From Anthoceros angustus (taxonomy: Eukaryota; Plantae; Anthocerotophyta): DNA of 64,000 nt. The first letter of the stretch is position 1. The number at the start of each line of letters is the position of its first letter. Shown piece by piece: positions 45,579 through 57,382 of this stretch. Location of the stretch: the NCBI GenBank assembly GCA_010909165.1, contig VJWM01000119.1:744001-808000 (forward strand). Direction: 5' to 3'. Under the pieces are notes generated by a model. It saw only the letters and a list, made by a program, of their open reading frames with translations. It was not told the DNA's origin and did no database searches. A program made the translations under genes and the position numbers.

Positions 45579-46415
45579 ATGGCGAGCGGTGTTGCGCGGT
45601 ACATGCACTCCATCCTCGTGGCTCCGACTTCTTCTGAGGAGGCGGGTGCCGGGTTCCACAGCGATTCGTCTTCGGACGGAGCATCGTGGAAACTGGCAAA
45701 GCGGAGGAGGGACATGGCAAATGAGCGGCCCATTGTGCAGCCCATCTGGCGGTGGGATCATGACCTGCTCACGACGGGGTGTGCGCACAAGCTGAGGAAA
45801 CGCTCAGACTCGGCCGCTTGGGTTGAAGGGCGAGGAGGTGGACGGCGAATGACGCAGCCTGGGTTGGTGGCTTGCACAAAGACTTCATCTCGGGCTTTGC
45901 AAGGATGATGCCTTGGCCATGTGGACCTCCATGCACCGATGATGGAGGTTCCAAGCTGGTGGGTGGCTGTCCACCCCCGGGAAGGACTCCCTATTCTGGA
46001 GCGTGCCAAGGACCTTGGAGGTTTTGTGGTTGACGTCATTGAGGAAATGCGGAGGACCCCGGGTGTGAACAACAAAGTGACAGTGGTGGAGGTTGGGACA
46101 CCAGCCAGCAAGCTAGTGTTCGTGCACAATCCGAATCGGGAACTGCCATTTGATATTATGGTGGTTGACTTGGAGCCTTTTTTCGGCGATGGTGCGCCAC
46201 CTCCAAACTGGGATACCACCTTCGCCTCGATGTGGAGTCGAGGTGGAGTTTGTGCGGTCTACGATATTCAGAATTTGCCTCCGAACTGGACACCAAAGAA
46301 CAAGAACCGCTTGAACCTGTACACTGGTCCAGAGGAGAGCTTGCGGAAAATCTTAAGTGTGCCATGCAAGGTCGGAGGCCACTTGTTGCTCATGAAGCGG
46401 AGGTTGACACGCTGA
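45579..46415 (+). CDS. Unknown antisense passenger ORF(s) inside the CACTA element
   Basis: Two consecutive ORFs (MASGVARY..., MDLHAPMM... 164 aa) with globular composition, between the Tnp2 and TnpA-like genes. Confidence 0.4.
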
Positions 46416-46719
46416 GCGTGGGGTATGCCCAGCGGTTTCACTGTCTCTGTATGCCACCACTTTGTGGCATACATGATTTCGTGAATGATGATGCCATGTT
46501 CCATATGCTGGAAGGATTGGACCTCATCATTAGAACATGCCACGCTGTGGGATCTCACGGCGGACATGCTGCAATTGTGGGGAGCATCTATGCCTTCTTT
46601 TTTGAGCCGCGTTCACTCCAGCACTCAGGATTGAAGTTAGCCGCAAGCTCTCCGGCACATATTTTTTGTTTGGCTAGTTTTGAATTTGCGAGCTTTGTGA
46701 AGTGATGGGCTTCTCAGAA

Positions 46720-49700
46720 TCCTTGGAGGCCATTAGGAATGTCGACATCTCATAGAGATGCGTAAAACTGGATGTCTTGAGTGGACTGCTACCGCTTTTG
46801 TTCATCACCAGTTTCAAACATAATGTTAAACTGAGTTTCAAAGTTCACTTCTTGGCCAAAAGAGGGATTCAATCCCAAGTCATCTGATCACGATTACGTG
46901 TTCCACCCTAGCCGCCGTTGCACACACCATCGACAGCAACTTTCATGTCACAATTTTAAGTTTCCTACACTGTATTGGGCATATTGACACCCATCCGGCA
47001 ATGATTCCCACGCTGAAGGCGCGGGCGAGCATATGTACCAATGCCGCCGACCAGCTCGCCAATCTGGGTGCGCAAAAGCCTGTGTCACATGACTTGGGAA
47101 AGTAAATGGTCCGGTTCGGTGATCCCGGTGGTAACGGTGGGGACGGCGGTGTCAAACCATGAATCCGCATTCCGCAACCATAGACGGAGGGTTTTTACGT
47201 ATCGCACTCATACCAGTTGACATTGAGGACTATTGTGGTCACTGACCCATCGTCTGTGGTTGCTTCAAGGATGTCTTTTACCTGGCCAAAGAACTCCCTT
47301 TTCCCGCTGTCCATTTCGAAACATCCATAAACCCAGGAATCTTGAGTCGACCGGCGGCGTTTGTCCGCCTCCAGAGTGCGAAAGTGGTATCCTCGAGTCT
47401 CCAATCCGCGGAAAGAATCCAACGTCAAGCGTGGGCCAGCTGCGATCGCTCGAACATCCATGTAATTTGGCATGCGTCTCCAGCGACCCGCGGCCATTCC
47501 AGCCTGGAGCCATTGAAGGTAATTGATATCATGGTCACCCCTGTCAAACTCCTCTCGAATTGGAGACAATGCATCGGAATTGAGCACAAGATACCAATGT
47601 AACCGTTTTTGCTCATCAATAGTAAGGCTCACTACCTTGGCCTTCCCAATAGTCCTTTCTGCCGGGTGGTCAGGGGTTCTGTAATTAAATAGCTGGCCGT
47701 GTTCACGAGTGAAATCAGCAAGGTAATCTGCCAAGAAGAACAAGGTTTCCATTGCTAAGTAGCCGGTTGCCAAACTCCCTTCCGGTTTTGCCTTTTGCCG
47801 CACAGATTGTTTAAGCACCAGCATGTGCCTTTCGAGGATACATCCAATGACAATTCCACTCTGGATTCCACTTAAATTCGATGTATGATCATATGTTGCA
47901 TTGGGTTCCGAGAAAAGCAGCTTCTCTAGTTGGATCATGATATCAATAACTTAGCTTTCATAATGGGGATGTCACGGCCTGGCCTTCTTACATATCCATC
48001 GTAAAGGGCACTCAATTGGACCGGAGTACTGTGGAAGCGACATCGTAATGCAATGGGTAAGTAAAGCGCATTAAGAGATGCCGATGGCTCTTCATGCCTG
48101 TGACTTTGGACCCCCGAAAGCATGTGGACAAGTTGGCCCCAAATCCGGTCGGGGGTTTCATCCTGCAGATTTCAGCTTTTACTGCATCCACTCCCCTCGC
48201 AAGCAATATGACGCGCCAGGCAAGTGTGCCTCACCGTTGTCGTACACAAGCCATAACCATGGCTTAGAGTCTGCATCCTCAAGATCAACACGGGCACTAT
48301 GGGTGTCCCATTGACCAGACAAGACATTCCACAATGCCTGACAGTTGTTCAATTCAACATGCATAATATCCTTGAGCCATATTTTGTGAATTTGAAGGAG
48401 GTAATGCGGTAAGTGTTCAAAGAAAGTGGATTTATGCGCTTCCCCGACGGTAGCATGGGCGAGCGCTTCCACCTAAGCATTTCAAGCACTTGGTTGTATG
48501 AGCGGTGGCATGACACGGAGCTCCCTCTCATTGTTAAAGTACTCCCGATCAACAAGACGTCGGGGGTCTTGAAGGGAAGGGCACCATCGTCTGCCGTCAG
48601 CAGTTAGTTTGTCCGAGCATTGGACCACAGGCGATTCGACCGCATTCTATGCAAAGAATTGTACCCGAACTTGAAGCCCTAAAGGACCCCCGGACCGGGA
48701 TAGTCGCAAGAGGCATTGATAATTGCGTGGGTTGAAATAACGGTCCGCGCTACCGATGTCCTTGGAGTAGTCCACAGCAGGCACACCAACGAAGAGGGCA
48801 CCGAGCTCAGCCAACAATGGCTCCAAATAAGCGTCCGCGTAGGGACTTGCTTGGGCCCCGGAATGATGATGGGCATGAGTAAGTATTTCTTCATTGCCGA
48901 GACCGGTGACGGTTATGTATGACAAGGAGGACCGCCAAATGGAATAAGCAGTTCGGTGGTCGGATGGATTAAATCCATCTATGCATATACCAAGCCTTAT
49001 GTTTGATGTCGTTCCGAACCTAACTTCATCCAATGCACGCCATGCAGGGGTGTCAGCCATTATGCGCAGATGGCCATCCTCGCTTTTGTGTCTCGCAAAC
49101 CAGGTCAACTCCTTGGCCGTTTTTGGGCTGGTGAACATCCGTTGAAGACGTTCAGTGATAGGAAAATAGAAGAACGATTTTCGGGGGATGCCTTTCTTCG
49201 CGTTCTCGCCAGCTCGATAGCGGGCTTCCCCGCATTTTTGGCAATGCTTGTCCAAAGCGTGCGGCCCCCAGAAAATGCAGCAGTCACCAACACATGAATC
49301 AATTCGAGTGGATGTTTGCCCAAGTTGCATCATAGCGCGGCGAGCCTCTTGACGGCTGCTGGGCATACAATTGTTCTGTTTGGGAAGAAGGCCAGTGGAG
49401 AGAATCTCAAAATTGCGATCATCGGTCAAAATCTTAAACCGATCTTGAATGAATAGCAAGGACACGATGGCGGGACAGTGTGTGTGAGGTTTCGTTGAAC
49501 ACAATCCCACAGGGTGGTGGCAGCCATTGCGGTGACGGTTGTGGGGACAATCCGGGGAAAAGGCGTGCGTCTGCCGCATTCTCCATTCCGCCAACATTGG
49601 TGACAGCCTCATAGTCCGCGTCGAGTGCGAATCATCATATGCATCATAGGCGGATTACGCCGGTGTCGGACGTGCCCTCGGAGTCGCTGGATGGCATAGA

Positions 49701-49900
49701 GGATGCCGATCGAGGCCGAATCCCATGGGCCTCACAGGTCAGTCTTCGTTGTCTTCTTGAATAGAAACCTTGCGCATCAGCTCACCATATTGTGAGGGAA
49801 GGGATGGGAGCCCATCATCATGCACCGGGCCACCACTTTCAACCACATAAGCAGGAGCCGGCCTCTGCCTCAAAGCATCCAGAAGGCGACAATTACGCTG
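46720..49900 (-). mobile_element. CACTA (En/Spm) Tnp2-family transposase, frameshifted
   Basis: IDSCVGDCCIF...HCQKCGEARY...PRKSFFYFPITERLQRMF...DTPAW...NIRLGICIDGFNP...YSIW, IIPGPKQ..DAYLEPL, DYPG, DIMHVELN, GMKSH, ERHM..LKQ.VRQKAKPEGSLA.GY, GYHFRT, FFGQVKDILE...VNWY. Confidence 0.95.
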
Positions 49901-51040
49901 CACAAGATAATGGGACATATTAGCAATTTTAGGTAATCGATATGGAAATACCGCGAGGATGGACCCGGTACATGCGTTGCAATTCGTTCCCACGCTTGTA
50001 CATAGCGCTGAAATATTAGCCACCTGGTTTGAAGGCGCATAATCACGACGAGGGCCAGATAATTTTTGGGATATCTCTGATGCAGGCGCATCCATCGGCG
50101 CACTTTTGTGATCCGAGGCCGGAAAGCCGAGTGGATGAAGACCCATTCTGTTTGGACGCCATCACTGCTTATTGGGAGAACGTTGGGCGTGCGCCAGGTT
50201 AAAGTGTCCGTTGAACGGAAGGATGTCCGTTTTGTCGCCCAAGTTCCCGTTAAATTGGCAACGGCAACCGATTGTCGACCACGGCCGGGTTGGAACGTAC
50301 ATCCAAACACGTCGTATAAGATGGGGCTGGGACACGTCTTATAGTAGCATGGAGCATTTTCCGGAAGAATGCGACCATGCGTCTCAAATGAAGAGACCCG
50401 TCTTTTTTTTAACACGCAAGAAAGACCCCTGGGCCAGCGTCCTATATGCCACGTCTTAAATCTGCCCGTTTTGTTGTAGTGATTCCAATATAGATATTTA
50501 AAGAAAATGCTAGTATAGAAATTGCCCTTTTTAAGATACAAATAGTCAGTTTATTCTCGCTTAAATAGCATGCTGGATAAGCATGTTAGTGCTTAACCCT
50601 AGGTTAGGAGACGGGTTGGTAAACCCTGCTGTAGGCTAGTTACAGCAAGCTGCCTAAACGTGGGAAGACAGTGCCAAGGGCACGGGAGCAAGCCGAATGA
50701 TGAAGCAAAGCTAGGCAGAACGTGGCTGAGAGGCCCGCGTGAAGATAGTGGCATGCTGGGGCGAAAATGGGCTGCTAGGGCAGAGAACATTAGTTGTTGA
50801 AGTCGCGCTTGGTAGCACTACGCACCAGAAAGAACCCGTTGTGCCTCTAATCTGGAAAAAGGCTCTAAATTTGGGGGATCTGTTTCGTGCACGATTCATG
50901 AGAGATGTGTGCGCGGCGCTGATGAGTGTGATTTCCTAACTCCTAGTTTTGGCAGATTGCTAAGGCTTGATGCTTGTGAGTAGCATTCTCCAAGACATGG
51001 CGCCCAAATCTTCAACAAAGGACTCATTTTTGGCTACATG

Positions 51041-51395
51041 TGTGACAGGGTAGGTGGGGCATACTTGGGACAGCCCTAGTCCCAACCATACTCGGGACGA
51101 TCACAGTGCAGTCACACTTAAGAGCCGATCAGTGCAGTCACACTTTCGGGACACTCCAGTCGGTCACACTCAGGACAGTCCCAGCCACAGGGATACTCGA
51201 TATAGTCCTAGGCCTAGCTCCAGCTACATCCAGGGCGGTCCAGTTCTTGTCGGCCATACTGTGGGCCGATCAAGTACCCATACTCGGGGCATCAAGTACC
51301 GTCACACTGGGGCGGTCCACGAGGATACTCGGGGCGGTCCTAATGTAGGAGAATACTCGGAAGCGATGTGATCCCAACACGGCTCTAATACCACG
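51041..51395. repeat. CATACTCGG repeat array, copy 2, ending in a tRNA-iMet PBS-like sequence on the minus strand
   Basis: Repeated (c/g)atactcgg. ggctctaatacca at 51381-51393 reads TGGTATTAGAGCC on the minus strand. Confidence 0.65.
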
Positions 51396-51645
51396 CATGC
51401 GACATCAATCAAAGTGGAGGACCTGGCTCTCTTGCAATTGAACGTGTACACGATGAAGTTAATTACTTCTACCGATGCCTGAGATCATGGCATAACAAGC
51501 TGGATAGCTGCAATTGCATGCATTGCATCACTACAGTAGGTATTGGAGAAAGGATACATAAAGGAACCCAAGCCCGTCCGCATATACCTTGAACAAGCGG
51601 ATGTCCTGCTTGTTACTATCGGCATCGAGTTCCTGGACTGCAGAC

Positions 51646-54600
51646 TCATCCAGAGAGTAATAGGCTAGCACAAGGATGCCATTGCCGACTTGGTCCATGT
51701 CCATCTTCTCGAAGAACAGAGTCCGCGCAATATCGGCGGATTCTTGAAAGCCTCTTTTGCGCTTTGGGCGGAGGTTGCCACCCCTTTCTCATATCATGCA
51801 AAACACGTGTTTTAAAGAGATGTCTTTGAATGGCGAGTTCCACTTAGAACAATGTAAGTAATATCGAGGTTTTTCCATGTATGCACACTTTTGTTTCTTG
51901 CGCGTCGTCCCTTCGAACTTACTGGGAAAGGCAGTGCCGGCACTATGGGTCCAAAACACGTAATATGCATTCAAATCAAAGTCGGGCATTTTCCACGAAG
52001 GGTCAAAAGCAATTATACGGTCAACGGACGAGCCCCTCATCTACAAGTCACAGCTACCCAAAGGGTCATCTACTTCAACCAAATTGAGCTCCGAATCGCA
52101 CCGTTTCTACATTTTCCAAATCCGCCTTTCCATGTCACCAAAGTCATCACCTTCAACTGCAAAGCGAACCTCATTGTCTGCGGTGGTAGTGTGCCGTTTT
52201 CATCCCATATTGTCAATGCCCTTGGTCTTCAACCGCCGGTCGTCACAGGGTGCGGAGTCCTTCATTCGACCCTTCTTTCCAAGCAAGCTATACACTTGCA
52301 TTTTCACATCAATGCCTCTCTGCAGATCTCCTTTGCCCAAAACTTGCAGGGCCCGCGAAAACTTATCTGTTATTTCTTGAACTCGTCCGGCGCGCCAACC
52401 CGTTCACTCGTTGTGACATATACATTGAGCATCGTGCGTCTTTGTCAATGGCCACAACGTTCCTTTTCCGTTGAATCCGGCCACCAAAATGATCCCGATC
52501 ACGCGGTCAACAATCCGATCGTCTTCGTTGGAGAACATGTTCACCAACATGCCTAATAAGCCCACGGGTTTACGATATGGCGTCGACCATCTTATCACCG
52601 ATGTGGTAAATCGCTTCTTCACCACAGTCCCATGTCGGATAACTCTTGGCAGCACCTGTTTGATGTCTTTGCCGGCAAAAAGAGGAGCTTTTCCGACATT
52701 GGACTCTGTCCTCACTGCGCTTCCCTTTGTCAAATATTCCACTGTTTCAACAGCACCACTGTTAGGTGGGATGTTGGTTTTCTCCCATACCAGGGTTTGT
52801 ATGACTCCTTTCCTGCACCAAGACCTCAAAGCCTCCCTGGCTTGAATCACCCCATCCACCCCATGCATAAGAATTATCCCACATCGCTCGTGGTCTTCTC
52901 GTTGAAAGAGCGATGATCTCTTTCAATTCTTCTTCAACGAAAGCCTTGTCATTCTCATGCAGTAAACCTCGAGGAGGTCGCGAGAAAAGAAGAGTATACC
53001 TCCTCGGTGGCAAAAATCCTTTCATATCCAAAATGTCTCGATGCACCACGATATGCCACTTTGTCCAAGACCAGCACTCTGGCTCACCGCATCCATGTCC
53101 TTGTCGGCCATTTGTTTTCGCTCTTCTTCCATCCGTTTCGATTCGCGCTATAAACAAAATCTTGGAAAGGTTTTGGCAGCTTTCAAATCCTCAATGTCTC
53201 CCGGTTTACGCAAGCAGACGGTGGTCGAAACAACTCATTGGCTGATGGAGCGCGGTCGGCGGCGCACGTGTGTCGCGTCGGCCACTCCTCTGACCGGCAG
53301 CGGCAAATGGCGGTCGCCACGGCCGGCCGGCGCCGGCCGCGTCGGCCGGCGCCGCGCAATCGCGCCGGCGCGCGCGCACCGCACTCTGGGCGCAAACAAG
53401 AAGGAGTCGCGGTCGGCGGCGCACTACCGATCGCACGGCGCGCCGAATACACTCACTTACCACTTTCAAAATTGTTTGAACTTCGCCAATTCCTTGGCCT
53501 CGGTATGTTTGAAGCTGTTTGGCGACTTCTGGCACACTTCATAGCCTTCGAAGGCATGCTCGATAAGGTTAATCTTCTTCTGTTGCCAACATCGTATCCA
53601 TATCTTTTAGCTGCGTTTCCTTGGATGACCTTCGGGTCACTATCAACATCTCTTCACCTTTCGTCCTTGGGACTCCTTGGAATGCTCTCCATGCCCTTAG
53701 AGCATTGGAGCCGGACGAGGGGTCGATTAGGCTGGCTGTTGTAGTTGGGTCTTGTGGCTTCCGTTTTGCTTGCCGCTTCGTCTCAGGCTGCTGTTCACCG
53801 CTGGGAGTTCGCACTTCTCCCACATGGAAAATGGTGTCCACGTTCTCCCACAATTTACGCACCTCGCAATCCTCAGCAGTCTTCCATCCACCATCTTCAT
53901 CATAATCGTCCTTGGAGTTTCCAGCCTCCTCCAGCATCCCCAGCAACTTGTACACATTGAACTTCCACTGCACAGTAGGTTTTCCATCGGGGTGTGTCCG
54001 GTGCCAAATCTCAAGCTCATCATGTATGTAGCGGACTTGTTCAATAAAACCAAGCTTCTTCCTCTTGTCTGCATACACATTGTGATCCACTGCCAGCACC
54101 CTCATTTCTTCCTCTGTCAAGCCTGCATATACATGGCCCTCGAGCCATTGAAATTTATCTTCCGCCGGATACATTTCAGACAGTGTCTGCATGGCGGCAT
54201 AGCAATGGTTCCCTCCCAGCACCCCTAGGGTGTAATCTTTGAGCTCGATCTCCTCCGGTGCATCTTCTTCTTCAAGCTTGTCTTTGGATCAATCATGCAC
54301 AAAAGTGGGAGCGTCCTTCCTTCACAGGACACATGCGCATCGCCGAACAAGGCACTTCATCCATGCCTCATCCACCTTCCTTATCGAGCATCTGCGTTAG
54401 AAATGAAGCGGGGCGTAGTACGAAAAATGTGAATGTCGAATGTTGTGGTTTGCACCCGCTTCTTGTAGGCCCGAGTGCGAACCATCTCCGATAGTCATCC
54501 TCCTGCGAAGGAGCTCCAGTCGTTCGGCATCATGGTGGCAACGCTTCCTCTTCGCATGCTTCCTCGACTTCCTTAATTTTTCCGCCTCGCCCACCTCTTC

Positions 54601-55141
54601 TCCATCACCAGAGATCTTGCCTTCCTCTTTCGCTTGATTGGTGTGCTCTGCATGGAAATCAAAACAAGATGCTTCAATTCTTACATGGGTTGAATTGCGG
54701 AGGCGAGCTTAGGAGCATTCTTACCAGCCATTCGCCTTCTCATCTTCACTTTGACAGGGAGCTGATTCCCTTCTTCTTCTTTCACTGCGGCTGCCCGCGA
54801 ATCCTCTTCGGACGAGGAGGGTCACCTCCTCCTCAAAAGCCTCAGTTCAAGACCCCGAGGCTGGACATGTTGCGAGCCATGGACAGCCTCGTCGAGCTCG
54901 CCTCCGCGCCGGACCACGAGGCGAGGCGCTCCTCCTCTTCCGGAGAGCTCGGCTCGGCAGGAACCTCGTCCTCCTCCATCTCCGGTTGCATAATCCGGGC
55001 ATCGTTTCGATGCACACACACCCACCGGCCCGCTGATAGGTGCGTGCGTGCCTCGCGCCCGATCACCGCGTCGATCACTACACCTCTGTTCTTCAGCACC
55101 TTCGCGTGGAGTAGAACGCAAAATTGTTCTCCCCTGTTCAT
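51646..55141 (-). pseudogene. ParB/Srx-like domain + beta-class N6-adenine/N4-cytosine DNA methyltransferase-like gene (multi-exon, frameshifted)
   Basis: RKVDEAWM..L and LGVLGGNHCYAAM...VYAGLTEEEMRVLAVDHN (ParB-like). HRDILDMKGFLPPRRYTLLFSRPPRG (motif IV position), QTLVWEKTN, YRKPVGLLGMLVNMFSNEDDRIVD, then a broken GSG.ILVAG and RNVVAIDKD (motifs X, I, II). Confidence 0.65.
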
Positions 55142-57143
55142 TTTAAAGAGGAAAACAATGAGTACCGACATGAAACCCTAATCGAAAATGGGAAGTGATA
55201 CATGACATACAAGACTTACATCTTGAACACTTTTGGAATCACGCAAGGCCGATTTCAACTGGCTGCTCACGACGAGGCATTATCTTGGCAGCATCCATTA
55301 TCGGGGAGATGTGTGTTGATGTCATCGTTTATGTGCAAATGAGGTTTCTTGGTGACCAAAAGCGTATGTGCATATCTTATTATTCGTCCTTGTTGCACAT
55401 AGAATCCATCCGACTCTTGCACAGGAATCCCCTCAATACCATTGTAACCGTTAATCCATAAGGCCTGGTGGAATCCAAGGCACTGGATCTTGGGTTCTTC
55501 TTGCAACAACGCTCCACTCTTGCATGTTGTACCGCCGGAAGAGAATCACGGAGCTTTTTCACCGAAAGCTCCACAAAGTTAAAAGCATGAGGAATCGCAT
55601 GTTGCATTTCCACCGAGGTTGGTGCTCCCTCGCGGCCATCAATGTCTTCATATCCTCTCCGTTGAGTACCCTTTGAGGTGGACGTCCGGACACTACCATG
55701 AGAGGATTCTCTCAATTGCATAATAGCGGTGGGGTTCTGTTACCACATTCGCGGGATCGCATCCCCTCATCCGTCGCGCCCTTGCGGCGATCCTGCTGCT
55801 CTTGCACCCGCTTCTTGTAGGCCAGTGCGAACCATCTCTCAGATAGTCATCCTCCTGCGAAAGCTCCTCGTTCGGCATCGTGGTATTTGTCAAGACAGCC
55901 TTCCTCTTCGCATGCTTCCTCGACTTCCTTAATTTTTCCGCCTCACCTCTTCTCCATCACCAGAGATCTTGCCTTCCTCTTTCGCTTGATTGGTGTGCTC
56001 TGCATGGAAATCAAAACAAGATGCTTCAATTCTTACATGGGTTGAATTGCGGAGGGCGGTTAGGCATTCTTACCAGCCATTCGCCTTCTCATCTTCTTGG
56101 TGACACAGGCAGTTGCGGATTCCCTTCTTCTTCTTTCTGCGCTGCCCGTCTCGGACGAGGAGGGTCACCTCCTCCTCAAAAGCCTCAGTTCAAGACCCCG
56201 GACATGTTGCGAGCCATGGCTCGAGCTCGCCTCCGCATCGGACCACGAGGCGGCGCTCCTCCTCTTCCGGAGAGCTCGGCTCGGCACAGCCGGAACCTCG
56301 TCCTCCTCCATCTCCGGTTGCATAATCCGGGCATCGTTTCGATGCACACCCCGGCCGCCTGATAGGCGCGTGCGCCGCCTCGCGCCCGATCACCGGTAGC
56401 GTCGATCACTACCTCTGTTCTTGACCTTCGGATAGCGTAGAAGCAGCAAAATTGTTCTCCCCTGTTCATTTTAAAGAAAACAATGAGTATACCATCGTGA
56501 AACCCTAAGCGAAAATGGGAAGTGATACATGGTGACATTCAACGACTTACATCTTGAACACTTTTGGAATCACGCAAGGCCGATTTCAACTGGCAGCTCG
56601 ACGAGGCATTATCTTGGCAGCATCCATTATCGGGAGGAGATGTGTGTTGATGTCATCGTTTATATGTGCAAATGAGGTTTCTTGGTGACCAAAAGCGTAT
56701 GTGCATATCTTCGCCCATTCAGTCCTTGTTGCACATAGAATCCATCCACTCTTGCACAGGAATCCCCTCAATACCATTGTAACCGTTAATCCATAAGGCC
56801 GATGGTGGAATCCAAGGCGGTGGATCTTGGGTTCTTCTTCGCAACAACGCTCCACTCTTTATGTGTTGTACCGCCGGAAGAGAATCACGGAGCTTTTTCA
56901 CCGCTGCTCCACAAAGTTAAAAGCATGAGGAATCGCGATGTGCATTTCCGAGGTTGGTGCTCCCTCGCGGCCATCAATGTCTTCATATCCTCTCCGTTGA
57001 GTACCCTTTGAGGTGGACGTCCGGACACTACCATGAGAGGATTCTCTCAATTGCATAATAGCGGGTGGGGTTCTGTTACCACATTCGCGGGATCGCATCC
57101 CCTCATCCGTGCAGCGCCCTTGCGGCGATCCTGCTGCTCTTGC
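54449..57143. repeat. ~1.35 kb tandem duplication
   Basis: 54449-55805 is repeated as 55802-57143. Junction on ttgc; indel-rich copies. Confidence 0.9.
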
Positions 57144-57382
57144 GGCCCGCACGCATTTTTTGCTTCGATGCGTGGCGGGCGCCTCCAACGCTGGGGTCGA
57201 TCTGCATGCTTATTGCTCCGTAGCGTCCTCGCGATCACCATCCTGCAATCTTCAAAAACCTCTGTGCGGGAAGTTGGCGGGAGGAAGTAAGAGAATTCGT
57301 ATCCGGACTCTCGAACTCTTGATGAAAAAGGAGAGGCTCGAGCTTCTGTGGAAATGAAATATGGATGTTTGAACTGCATCAA
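56586..57382 (-). pseudogene. Unknown broken ORF upstream of the ParB-MTase gene, probably element-borne
   Basis: MMQFKHPYF...EFSYFLPP...IPHAFNFVE...RPYGLTVTMVLRGFLCKS across shifting frames. No family recognised. Confidence 0.35.

Noticed and set aside
51529-51540. CACTACAG as a CACTA terminal inverted repeat
   Set aside because: No matching inverted end or target-site duplication found, so likely chance.
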